This document shows, in pieces, positions 48,701 through 60,819 of a DNA stretch of 64,000 nt. Each line of letters starts with the position of its first letter. Position 1 is the first letter of the stretch. The DNA comes from Balamuthia mandrillaris. Its lineage: Eukaryota. The notes below the pieces were generated by a model. It had not been told where the DNA came from. It was given only the letters and a program-made list of their open reading frames with translations, and did no database searches. The DNA is taken from contig JAVKOQ020000060.1 in assembly GCA_031835245.2 (NCBI GenBank), forward strand, positions 124,001 through 188,000. Direction: 5' to 3'. The position numbers and the translations under genes are program-made.

Positions 48701-51700
48701 CTGTATTCTTTCGTTTAGGCCTTATTCTCCAGCCAGTTCTTCCAATGTAACAAACGAAACGTTGGAGCAAAGCTTGAAGCGAGTTAAAGCCGAGGACATG
48801 TTTGCTGTCGGGTGTATTCTGGCGGAACTCTATCTAGAGCAACCGCTGTTCACCCCTGACTCCATGTTGAACTACTTCAGCAGCAACGCCGACTTATCGC
48901 CGTTACTGCAAAAGGTGAGTACAGAGACTGTCTTCATTTTTTGTTGTTTCTTTTATTTTTATTTTTTTGGTGATTTTTCGTTGGTTATGTTTATCTTTTG
49001 TTACAGTTTCTCATTTTGCTCTTTAAAGTTGCCTCCTGGTGTAGCGCACGCCGTTTCAAAGATGGTTTCAAGGAATGAGACCGATCGATTAACAGCGCAA
49101 GAACTTCTCGCCTGTACAGAGGACCAGTCCTGCATAAGTAACCAACCTCTATTCCCTGCTTACTTTGCAGAGTTGTATGCTTTTCTTGCCAAGTTTTATG
49201 CCATCGACTCTTGGGAAACACGTTTGGATTTCACGTTGGACAAATTGAAGCTACTATTGGAGCGGATTCCTGCTGAGGTATCCCTTTTCTTCAAGTTTTT
49301 TTGTAGCGTAATCTTTATCTAGTTTTTAACTTTTTTTTTTCAAAAGGGAATACATGTATTATTACCATCACTACTGCCCTTTTTTGATGATAAAGCTACC
49401 CAAAGACATTCCATCTGTCTATTCTATCATTTGGGCAAACATATCAACTCGGAGAATGCCCGCATTCTCTTGCTTCGACCTCTCAAGAAGCTTTATCAGG
49501 TATTCTTCCCGCTCTCTCTCTCTCTCTCTCTCATTCTTATTAACGCTGTTTAAAAAAGCAACAAGGAGACTCAGAGCATGAGGTTGCACTCCAAGCTGAA
49601 GTGTTGAAGCTTCACTTTGTACAGCAAGTTATTCGCATCTTTTCTCCAGACTGCTTTTTTTCCGACATTTTACCATTCATTATTGATGCTCTCCGCTTCA
49701 AGCAACCCTCTCTTCCTGTAGTTGCCAGCAAAACTCTGGTGCAACTTGTGTACGTATTTTTTTCAAAAAAATATCTAGTAGTGTCATTCTGACTATATTC
49801 TTTTCAATATTAGAATTGAATTAGAGCCTGCTATTGCCATACGTTACGTTCTTAGTCCTCTTCTGGAGCAACTCGGAAAACCATCCTCCAATCACGAGAT
49901 TTTAGTGAGCGCTTTAGCAGAAATGGGTTTGATCAAGCTTGTCTCTCTCTCTCTCTCGTTTCCTATTAATTATTTTTTTCTTTAGCTACTCATTTAGGAG
50001 AGGCGGCTGTAGTACATCATTATATACCGGCCATGCGGCCTCTCTTTGAACGGCACTTCCAAAAAGTACCGCCTCATCCTAGTTCTTCCTCCGATGCCAA
50101 ACTATCTGCTGCCCTACTGAATCTTATTGAGGAGGTACTTGTTGTTTTCTCCCCTCGTTTTTCTGTTCGACTTTCTTTCTCACCTTTTCATCAAAAGCTT
50201 TTGGAGAGCGATGTAATTACTCCCTCAGTGGCCTTGAGAGATCTCATTATGGCTGACCCACCAGTCCAAGTCTTGTTGCTTCGACCGCTGTTGCCAACAT
50301 GTCTCACTCAACCCCCTCCCTACGTCCCTATTTTAGGTCGTATACTGTACAAAATAGCGACGCTGATCGGACCTGAGCCTACACGAAAACATGTATGCAT
50401 CTATTTCTACGTCATCCAAGTTTTGCATTAATCATTTTGGATGTGTTCAACAGTTATCTGGCCCATTGGTTCTATTTTTCACCAATTATGGCAGCATGTT
50501 TATCAATGAAATGGTTTGTTTATCTCTTATTCCAGTTCTCTTATTCTGCTTCTTCCTGCTCTCTAATATTTTCACCATTAATATTGTAGGGGCAGCACGT
50601 TTCCGGAACAACAACAACTTTAACTCCGCCTTTGACTACTCCTGATCCGCGAAAAGTGTCGCCAAGAAGTAAACGTCATACAGGACAGCATCTTAGCGGC
50701 AGGCATCGACTCTTGGGAACACTGTACTCGCAACAAGTCGCAATAACCCTCGCCGAGATATACTCTCGATTTAACCAGTTGTTGCCCATGTCGTCACTTC
50801 TAGGGTAAGTAGATATCTTGCTGTGTTATCGTTTACTCTCTCTTAACGTTACGGTTTATTTTCAACTTGCCGCTTTCTTACTGTTTCTGTTTCGCTTGTT
50901 TTTGGCTTTTTATTCCTAACATTAATGTGCGCATTCTTCGCAGGGACAACCCTTTGATGGAGGACATCTTTGAATATCTCGCCCAACAAAATAATTCATC
51001 GTCGAAAGAGACTCTTCCTGCCGGTCTTTCTGTTCAACCTACTCCTCCTTCCAACAGTCTACTAGCTGGTGGCCAGACCTTATCGCTCATCATGGACGAT
51101 GAAGAAGTTGCTCGACCACATCATGGATCATCTTCCGCTCAACCAACTTTTTCGTCATCAAAGTCAACTCACCATCATCACTCAACCTTCTCCGCCAAGT
51201 CCGTCCAAAATGCGCTTTTGCCATTAGTTAAACGCGGCCGTCAAATGCGAAGTCGCAGCATGCAAAAAGATAATCAGATCCCCAACGGCAAGACTTCCTC
51301 CACTCCTTCCAGCAACAACAACACTCCTCTGAAAAGAAGAAGTCACCATCAGGCTCTTACTTCCAGCGATGATCGTGTTGATAATTCTTTGAAAGGAAGA
51401 CATTCAATTACACAAACGAATTCTTGGTTGGAAGAACTGCCTTCTGGGAGCGGCAGAGCAGACGGACTTTGGACCTTCCATGGAGAGGCTGTTACCACGT
51501 TTCACGCTCACTCCGCAGCTGTTCATTCCATAACGACTCATTCCTCTGAGAACGCGTTTCTGACTACTAGTCGTGATAGCACTGTCAAGTGCTGGTCCAT
51601 GCTTAACGCCCAATGTGTTGTACGTTAATTTTTTCAGCTTTCTTGTCATATAATTCCTGAACCGTATTATCGTTTGCAGCAAACGTATAAAGGACACAGC

Positions 51701-53497
51701 CACGCTACACGATCTGCCTGTTTTGTGGTTTGTCTCTTCCCTCAATCCCCTTCTTTTCTTTTCTTTTCTTTTCTTTTCTTTTCTTTTCTTTTCTTTTCTT
51801 TTCTTTTCTTTTCTTTTCTTTTCTTTTCTTTTCTTTTCTTTTCTTTTTCTTTTCTTTTCTTTTCTTTTCTTTTCTTTTCTTTTCTTTTCTTTTCTTTTCT
51901 TTTCTTTTCTTTTCTTTTCTTTTCTTTTCTTTTCTTTTCTTTAATATAAAACACAAAACAAACAATTTAGGGAGGAGGAGACATGGTGGCCTCTCTCTGC
52001 GATTCATCCGTTCAAGTTTGGGGTCTAGAGGATGGCTCGCGTTTGCTTCAATTTGATGCTGCTAATCTCATATCCAAAAAGCATCACTCATCGCAGCACA
52101 CACCCATTGGGGGAAGTACCAGCAGCTCCTCAACAAGCGCTACTGGATTCGTTTCTCTTTGTCCAGTATATGATGGCAATGGTGTTCTCACCGCCACTCT
52201 CAATGATAAACTATGGTACCTTTTTCTCTCTCTTTCTTTCATGTGTTGTTCTTTCTTTCTCCACTTAACTTTTTAAAACAAAGGATGTTAGATCTTCGCT
52301 GTGGAATGAAGACCTGCGAATGGAACATACATGCCTCTTCTTCCGCTGCGTCTTCCGCCTCCCCCTCCTCTTCTTCATCCTCCTCCAAAGAACACCGGCA
52401 CCGCACCATTCGCTCTCTCTGCGTCTCTAACAACAACAATAAAACGATGGAGAGTTGGGCTGCCGTCGGCTCGACCGCAGGAAAGATAACGTTACTGGAC
52501 CTTCGAACGGGATTGGTGCTCGCTCGATGGAAGGCACATGAGGAAGGTAGCATCGTCTCCTCGTTACACAGCTTGAACTCGCATCTGTTGGCCTCGATGG
52601 CTGTTTCCTCTTCTTCTTCCTCTGGAGAGCGATCAATTTGCATTTGGGACGTTTCTTCTTGCTCTTCTTACTCTTCTTCTTCGTATGGAACCCCAACATT
52701 GGTTCGTTCCTTTTCCATCGGTCCATTTAGTACCTCTTCTGGTTCTTCTTTAGCTTCCGCCTTTTCCTCTTCTTCCTCCTCTTCCTCCTCTTCAACATCT
52801 TCCTCTTCTTCCTCTTCCTCGTCTACTCCCTCTTCTTCCATTTCTTCTGCCAATCCGTTTTCCTCTTCCACCTCTTCTTCTGCCGCTTTCCTTCTTCACG
52901 CTTCGAATGGCTTTGCTGTCTTCTCTCAAAGCAACAGGAACGAAAGAAATGGAGATCCGGACTTGGATGCCTTTCCCGGTTTTGGATCGATGGTGGACTT
53001 TAACAACAGCAGCAAGGACAAAAGAGCACAAGAAGAGCACCTTCCGGAAGCGCTTTTCTTTGCGGCGAACGGCAACCACGTCTGTGTGGCATCATTACAG
53101 GACGAATACTTTTCAGACAAGGTGAGACCTCTTTTGTTTCGTTCGATATGCATGCACTTTTTTAACACAGTTTAACTGACTGCAAACAAAAAAAAACCAA
53201 CAACAGGGAGAAACAACCACGATGCAGAGAGTACGCTTGGAATCCAGCAAGCCCTCCAGCATCACCAACAGCCCCAACCTAAATGGAACAAACCACTCAT
53301 CCTCATCTTCCTCCTCCGCTGCTTCGCATTCTTCCTCCTCCGCTGCATCCGCTGCTTCCTCATCGTCCTCCTCCTCGGGTGCTGCCTCCAAGCCGGCCAA
53401 CCCGAAAGGAGGAGCCATTACAAGCCTTGCCACGTTGCCTCTTCACCAAATCCTGGCCGTTGGCTTTGAAGATGGAAGTATTTCCATTTGTTTTTGA
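45502..53497 (+). CDS. WDR81: WDR81-like pseudokinase-BEACH-WD40 protein; multi-exon
   Basis: HPNLLPIL...LFIIYQLVRTLAYCHKNGIAHGAL; BEACH MSNFDYLMALNILSGRR, DPNYHPVLPWIIDF, WRDLTRSKFRLTKGDEQLD, TPDECIPEFYSDPSIF, LHHWIDLAFGYKLSG; DMFAVGCILAEL; C-terminal WD40 repeats. MGQAAS start is a possible myristoylation site. Confidence 0.9.
51753..51942 (+). repeat. (TTTTC)n pentamer microsatellite in a WDR81 intron (representative of many intronic SSRs)
   Basis: Tandem ttttc units. Comparable tracts: (TTC)n 3580-3760 and 45968-46130, (GAA)n 29480-29760, (GCAGAA)n 34248-34360, (GAGAAC)n 41085-41260. Confidence 0.95.
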
Positions 53498-53737
53498 ATG
53501 TCGACACATTTTTTTATTTTTTTTTTAAAAAAAAGAAAAAAAAATTATATCGTGACGACACGAATATTGCTTTTAGCACATCGTGGCGACACAAAATAAT
53601 TCAATAAATTCTCCTTTATTCAAATATTTTGCGGGCAATTTGGATAAAAGGAAATAAATGGCCAAAATTTTCGATCAAAAAAATAGAAACGAAAAAAAAA
53701 ACAGTTTCAATAAACGAAAAAAAAAACTTTTGGTGAG

Positions 53738-54538
53738 ATGAGAAAGAGGAGCTGGAAGGAGCCCTTGCTGTTTGAAAAAGAAGGCACGGGCATTCCAAGT
53801 TACTCTGCGCTCTCATCCGCCTGTACCGCTCTCATGCTAATGCCGCTTCAAGGTATCCACACAAATCCTCACGCTCTTCTTTTTCAACCCAAAAAAAAAA
53901 TACCAAATCATCTTTTCTTTTTTCTTCACTCCACAAAAAAAAAAAATGAATCTTCGAAACAAAAAAAACAGGAGGAGACGGAGAAAATGAAATCACAGCG
54001 GAAGCAGCCAAGCTGTTGTTTTGTCGGCTGCTCCAAAGCCTCAACCAACAGAGCCACCGCAGGGCCTTCCTGCTGTTCGTCCAAGAGCTGGTCCACAAAG
54101 AGCTGACGGCCTCCGGCCCTTCTCCTTTGTCTTCTCGCCTCTCTTGCTCCTTCTCAGCTGCTGCTTCTTCTTCTTCATCAATATCGACATTAACTTCACC
54201 AACGAGGACCTCAACCTCAGCTTCAACAATAGCTTTCCCCGAATATTTTCACGCCACCCAACAAAATGAAGACGAACAAGCAGAACCAGAAGAAGAGAAA
54301 CGATCGACGACGAAGGAGGGGGGCGTGGAGGAGCTGATAGACCCGTTGTTGTATCAGACGGCAGCGGAGGAGGTGGACCCGCTTTTGTTGCCGGATGGTG
54401 CTTCCTGGGGAAGTGCAGAAGGCGAGGACGATTACGACGACGAAGACGACGAAGAAGACTACGATGACCTGGAGGAAGAAGAACAGGAGAGAAGAAGAAA
54501 GGAAATAGAAACGGAAGAACGAGAACTTCAAAACAAAC

Positions 54539-54570
<32 letters not shown>

Positions 54571-57500
54571 GAAAGAGAAAGAGAAAGAGAAAGAGAAAGA
54601 GAAAGAGAAAGCAACCACAAACGCGAACGAGAACAGGAAAGAGAACGAGAACGCGAACGCGAACGCGAACACAAACGCGAACGAGAAAGGGAAAGAGAAA
54701 GAAAAAAGAAACGTGAACGAGAGCGTAAACGTAAACTTGCACGAGAAAGGCAGAGACAAAGCGAACGAGAACAAGAAGAAGAGGAAGAACGTATGAGAGA
54801 GCGAGAAAAACACAAGGCGCTTTGGGCAATGGAACATGAGGAAGAGAAAGAGGAGGAGATCGATGTTGATAGATATGCAAGCGAAGAGGAGAAGCATGTG
54901 CTACAGAAAAAAACGGGGGAACGGAAAGAGACTGCACCAACACAACAAATAGAGGAAGAAAAAGATGAAGGCTTCGCTTCTTCTACATGGACGCCGTCTG
55001 TTGCTCTGAAAAGACGTTTTGCTTCGAAAGCACATTTTCAACTAATTCGCAAAGCATTTGAAGATAAAATGAAAGAAGTGGAACAACAACATAACTTAAC
55101 CACAGTAAACGAAGCGGTGGACGTAGAAGTAAAATCACTGCCGCTTACAGACGAGACGGAAGAAGGCGGAAACGTAATTGGACAAGAACGGGAAGCCGGA
55201 GAGGAGGATAATGAAGCAACGCTAAACATCAAAGAATGTGATGCATTTTCTAGAGCGGCACACGATTCATCTTCTGATAGCGATATTTTGGTTGTGAAGG
55301 ATCACTTCCAGTTGCTCTGCATGGAAGAAGAATTAGACAAGGAATCAGAACGGGAACTGGAAGAAGAACAAGAACAAGAACAAGAACAAGAACAAGAACA
55401 AGAACAAGAACAAGAACAAGAACAAGAACAAGAACAAGAACCACAAGAGGAGGAGGAAGAAGAAGAAGAAGACCAAGTCCAAGACCAAGAAGAAAAACAA
55501 GAACAAGAACAAGCAACAGAGCATGAACATGAACAACCACAAGATTGGCAAGATAATTTGTATAAAGAAGCAGAAGTACACGTAGAAGCGCCTATGGAAG
55601 AGGACGCTGAACTTCAACCACAACACAGACAACGAAGTGACGACGATGGCAGTCATCAGAGCGATGACTTGCCCTGCCTCGTTTCCCTTCGTTCTTCTTT
55701 ACATCCAGTGGAAATCGATTTGACTTCATCTTCTCCGCCTTCTCCCATATCCTCCCCGTCTCCTCTTGTGTACTCTCTTGATGCTTCTCCTCCCTGCTCT
55801 CCTCTTCATCCTGCTTCGTTACCTTCTCTTTCTTTTACTTTGCCGTCTCAAGGACAACTTTCTTCTCCTCCTACATCTCCTTTTACTGCCGTCGATAACT
55901 CTTCTTACTCCCCCTCGGTGGCCGATTTACCTCCTCTCGTTTCTTCTTCTTCAACGTTTTCGTTTGACAAAGCTCTCTCTTCTGAAACTGAAGTTATTTC
56001 AGTTTCTCCTTCCAATGATGTTTATGTTGAGAGCAGTACTTTGCCGACTATTTCTTCTGTAACTGCAACTTCATCGTCTCCTCTGTTTCCTATTCATGTT
56101 TCCTCTGCTCCCCGTTCTGCTCCGTCTTCTCCTGTTCTTGCTTTTCCAATACAGGTCACTACAGGTCATCTTCTTCCTGCTTCTCCTCGTTCTCGTTCTC
56201 CTTCTCCTCCTTCTATGTCTCCTGCTTCTTCTCCCCTTTCTGCTTCCTTTACATTTTCTGCCACAACATCAACATTAACAACGACGCCTAGTGTAACACT
56301 GCTCTCATCATCTCCTTCGCCTCTTGACCTTGAAGCTTCCACTTCTCCTTCATTGCCTCCTGTTTGTCCTGTTTCTTCTCCTCCTTCCTCTCTCTCCGTA
56401 ATTGATATGTCTGCTTCTGCTACTATTACTTCCCTTCAATCTTCTGCTTCTGCACTATCGACCGACACAATGACAACAACTTCTCTTTCTATTTTATCTT
56501 CTTCATCGCCTTCTTCGACTTCTGTGTCTGGAAAGAAACGAAAGGCTCCATTGCCAGCCGCCGAAAAAACTTCCAAAAAGAAAACCTCTTCACGCAGCAA
56601 AACACCTAAAACTCCAAAATCCAAATCCAAAAAACGCTCCACCTCTTCCTCTAAATCCTCTTCTTCTACTTCTTCCTCAAAAACACGAAGCAGAACACAA
56701 CCCAAATCTAAACGAAAAGAAAGTTACGACAATGACGACGAGTCTTTATTTCGCGATCCTCACTCTGCTCTTTGCGAAGTCTCCAACCTCAAAAACATCC
56801 TCAATGCCGATACATTTAACGACTGTCTCTCAGCTGAAGAGAAGGACCGTTTGATGCTTTTGTTGCCAGAAGTGGATCGACGCAGCCCTGAATCCATCAA
56901 TGAGCTGTTACGGTTCAACTCCACGTTCTCGGCTGCGTTGTCCATGTTTCAGCAGCTGCATCAGGCAGGGGAGTTTGACCCAGAAGGAGATGACTATCGC
57001 ACTTTTTGTAGGAACCAGCAACGAAGACAGTCTTCGCGCAGGTCGACGAGAGCGACAAGGAGCCGTAGTAGACGCGGTTATGTGGAGGATCGGGATCAAG
57101 ATGAATCTTTATCCTCGGGGCACAACACAGCTTGGAAGGTATGGTTTGCTCCTTTGGAATTCGTTTAACTTTTTTAATGCTTTCTTTCCTTCTTGCTTCT
57201 TCTTCCTTTTTCTTCTTTTTCTTCTAAGGCAAAATACTATGAGGAATACTGGGGCGAGAGACAAGGCATGCAAAGACCAAACGACAAAGACAACCCTCTT
57301 TCTGTAACTAACTTCAGTGTCTCTGCTCTGAAGCAACTGGAACTGCCGCCGTTGACGCCTGAGAATTTGGCTCTCTTATCGTTTACTTATTCTACTCCAC
57401 CAGAAACCAACCTGAACGAAGATGAACATGAAGAGGAGGAAGAGGAGGAAGAAAATCTACAAATTGAAGAAGAGATAAAGCAAACAGAAAAAGAAGTTGA

Positions 57501-58569
57501 AAAGCAAGAAGATGAAAACAGAGACGAAGAAGATGTTGAAGAAGAAGAAAAACGAAGCGAAGGCACGGATAATGGAATCAGAATAGAAAGTGAGGAAATG
57601 GTTATAGTTATTGATGATGAAGATGAAAATGAAGAAGAGGAAGATAAAATAGCACGAAGAACAGTGGGTAGGCACTTCAGTCAAGGAACGACACTGTCGG
57701 AGAAGTCCATTGGAACAACTTCAGCTTCAACAAACGGAAAAATGGCGACAAAAGGCGGAGAACAAGAAGAAGAGGAGAAAGAAGAGATACCCAGAATGCA
57801 ACAAGAAGTTGAAGAAATATCAGAACTACAGAAAGAAGCAAAAGAAAAAGCAGAGGATGAAGCAATGCGGATACCACAAGCCAAAGAATACGGAGTAGAA
57901 GCCAATGAACAAGTAAAAGAAGAGGAAGAAGAAATAGAAGCACGACCTCAAAAGGTTGCAAGACGAACGGCAGGTCGTTATCGCAAACAAAGATCCCTCA
58001 ATGGAACGTCCGAACTCCTTCACCAACATGATCATCGTAACGGATCACAACCATATGAACAAAACGGCGATGACCCAAGCGACACCAATAATAACAACAG
58101 CAACAATAGGAAGAGCACCAAGCGAAGAACGAAAGAGCAAGAGCAAGAGAAAAGAAAAGAAAGCGATGCCAATGATAACGGTACTGTGCACGCCAACATG
58201 GATACGCTGGTCTGCAAACAGGAACGACGTGACTCGACCAAGCATTTGAAGAAAGGGGCGTTGCTCATTCTCCGGCGACAGGGAGAACCCTTGGACGTTC
58301 GCCGAATAGTCGCTCTCGGACTGGAAGAAGGTTCGTTCTTTTCATTCTTTCTTTAAAAAATTTTAATGTATTACTGACATTTTAAAAAAACACAACGCAA
58401 AAAAAAAGGTTTGTTTTTCTTGGTGGAAAGCGAACACGAGAAACCGGCTGATATCCTTGCGGACGTTCTCGGCGGGGACATCAACCGCGGTGACTCCTGC
58501 TTTACCAAGGTTGGCCCTATGGTCTTTGGGCTCAAAGAATTCGACGCCTATGGCGCTCGCTTGTTCTGA
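53738..58569 (+). CDS. Large disordered protein with DEUBAD (ASXH) domain and C-terminal HARE-HTH (ASXL/NFRKB-like)
   Basis: LFRDPHSALCEVSNLKNILNADTFNDCLSAEEKDRLMLLLPEVD...FQQLHQAGEFDP...WK|AKYYEEYWGER (DEUBAD). LKKGALLILRRQGEPLDVRRIVALGLEEG|...FTKVGPMVFGL (HARE-HTH). The 5' exon is uncertain. Confidence 0.75.
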
Positions 58570-58621
58570 ACAAACGCATAAAAGAATGGAAACCTTTCCT
58601 CATTTTTTTGAATCGCCAAAA

Positions 58622-58681
58622 GACATGAGAGAGGATGCGAGAGAGGATATGAGCAAGGACATGAGAGAGGACAAGAGGGAG
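58622..58681. repeat. 12-bp minisatellite, 5 degenerate copies
   Basis: gacatgagagag gatgcgagagag gatatgagcaag gacatgagagag gacaagagggag. Confidence 0.8.
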
Positions 58682-59055
58682 CGAAATAAAATGGAATTTC
58701 CCCCCTTATTTTTGCGGACAGTCTCGTGTCGACAACAGATTTTTAAATCTGACTCGAGGGTTAATAGCCGTTAATGTCGCTAATAGGAAAGAAGAAAAAC
58801 ACAGGAACGACTCCTCGAGCATATCATCCCGTTTCTTTCCTTTTTCTTTTTCCTTTTATTTCTCTCTTTTTCTTTCTTTCTTTCTTTCTTCTTTTCAAAA
58901 AAAGAAAACAGACACTCTACACTTCCCCCCCTCCTTCTCCCCCTTTTTCTTCACCGCTTTACTACTCCGCTTTTTTTTTTTAGTGAGAAAGAGCCGATCG
59001 CTCCTTTTTATTTATTTATTTATTATTCACGCACACAAAAATAAAAATAACAAAG

Positions 59056-60699
59056 ATGGGATCCTCCAAGAAGCAAACCAAAGGCAAGAGCGCCAAGAAA
59101 GACACAAAGGAAGACAAATCTAAGAAAGGTACTTTTCGAAAACCAAAAAAAAAAAAACAACCACACTTCTCTCCATTTTTTCCGGTGGCTATTTTAAAAG
59201 GAACATCTCCACTCACTACTTTCTCTTTTCTTTTTTCTCTCTTCGTTCATCGTCTTATGAAAGACGTAAAAACAGCTCAGAATGGCAAAAACAAGAAGAC
59301 TAAGAAGCAAGAGGAGAAGAAGCCGGAGCCCGAACCCACTCCCATGGTAGAGGAAGAGGAGGAGTCCAGCTCCAGCGAGGAGGAAAGCAGCTCCAGCGAG
59401 GAGGAGACCACAACTACCACCACCAAAAACAGCAAGAAGAGTTCTTCTGAAGAGGAGTCCAGCAGCTCCGAAGAGGAGGAGGAGGAAGAGTCCAGTAGCT
59501 CCGAAGAGGAGGAGGAGGAAGACACGAAGAAGAAGGCCGCCCCTGCTACTGCCGCAAAGGACAACAAGAAGGAGGAGTCCAGTTCCAGCGAGGAGGAAAG
59601 CAGTTCCAGCGAGGAGGAAGAGGAAGACCAAAAGAAGCCTGCCACAACCACCGCTGCTGCTAAATCCACAAAGATGGAAGAAGAGGAGGAAGAGTCTAGC
59701 AGCTCCGAGGAGGAAGATGAGGAATCCAGTTCCAGCGAAGAAGAAGAAGAAGAGGCTGAAGACAAGAAATCCAAGGAACAAGAATCCAAAGGCACAAAGA
59801 GAAAGAACACAGAAGATGAGGAATCGGAACAGCAAAACGGTCATGCCGACACTAAGAAAGCCAAGACCACGGAGAGCGGCAGCGTCTTTATCGGCAACCT
59901 GTCATGGGGCACCAACGAGGACTCCCTCGCCAACCTGTTCTCTGAGTACCAGGTGGAGGGCAGCAACTTCAGGGTGATCACCGACCGCAATACCGGCAAG
60001 TCCCGCGGCTTTGGCTACGCCGATGTCACCGACGTGCAGGACTGCGTCCAAAAGTTGAACGGCGCCGAGTTGGATGGACGCAACATCAAGATCGATCCTG
60101 CCAACGATGCTTCCGCTCGCGGAGGCGCTGGAGGCGGCAGCGGTAACTTTGGTGCCGGTGGTAACCGACGAAGCAGCTTCGGAGGAAGCGGTGGCGGCGG
60201 AGGTGGTGGAGGCAATGGCGGATCCACCATCTTCCTTGGCAACTTGAGCTTTGACTCATCGGAGGACAGCATCTCCGCGGTCATGTCTCAGTTTGGAGAG
60301 GTCAGCCAGGTGCGCCTCGTCTATGACAGAGAGTCCGGCAAGTCCCGTGGCTTTGGCTACTGCGAGTTTAGCGACCCCTCCGCTGTGGAGGCCGCCATCG
60401 CCAAGAGCAACCAAGTGGACGTGGACGGACGATACGTTCGTATGGATTATGCCAACGACCGAAAGAGCGGAGGCGGCGGCGGTGGAGATAGGGGCGGTGA
60501 CAGAGGTGGTTTCGGAGGAAGAGGAGGCGGCCGAGGCGGCGGCCGAGGTTTTGGAGGAGGAAGAGGACGAGGAGGAGACAGAGGCGGCGGAAGGGGAGGC
60601 CGAGGCGGTTTCGGAGGAAGAGGAGGACGCGGTGGCGTGAGCAGCACCAACAATGCTGGCATTGGATCCTTTGCCGGCAAGAAGACCACCTTTGATTAA
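59056..60699 (+). CDS. NSR1: Nucleolin/NSR1/Gar2-like protein
   Basis: Acidic Ser/Glu tracts, two RRMs (VFIGNLSW...SRGFGYAD; IFLGNLSF...SRGFGYCEF), RGG domain, ends FAGKKTTFD. One probable intron near 59.13-59.26 kb. Confidence 0.93.
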   Translation: MGSSKKQTKGKSAKKDTKEDKSKKGTFRKPKKKKQPHFSPFFPVAILKGTSPLTTFSFLFSLFVHRLMKDVKTAQNGKNKKTKKQEEKKPEPEPTPMVEEEEESSSSEEESSSSEEETTTTTTKNSKKSSSEEESSSSEEEEEEESSSSEEEEEEDTKKKAAPATAAKDNKKEESSSSEEESSSSEEEEEDQKKPATTTAAAKSTKMEEEEEESSSSEEEDEESSSSEEEEEEAEDKKSKEQESKGTKRKNTEDEESEQQNGHADTKKAKTTESGSVFIGNLSWGTNEDSLANLFSEYQVEGSNFRVITDRNTGKSRGFGYADVTDVQDCVQKLNGAELDGRNIKIDPANDASARGGAGGGSGNFGAGGNRRSSFGGSGGGGGGGGNGGSTIFLGNLSFDSSEDSISAVMSQFGEVSQVRLVYDRESGKSRGFGYCEFSDPSAVEAAIAKSNQVDVDGRYVRMDYANDRKSGGGGGGDRGGDRGGFGGRGGGRGGGRGFGGGRGRGGDRGGGRGGRGGFGGRGGRGGVSSTNNAGIGSFAGKKTTFD

Positions 60700-60819
60700 A
60701 AAAAAAAAAGAAAGTTATTTCCACACAAAACTTTTTATTCTCTCTTTTCGTTTTTTGTTTTGAAGATGTTTTTGTTTTCGTGTTTGTACAGCGGCGGCGA
60801 GAAAAAAAAAGGGGTGGTT

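Noticed and set aside
58622..58681. Repeat array as CRISPR-like
   Set aside because: Contiguous 12-bp units with no spacers and no cas genes; eukaryotic context.
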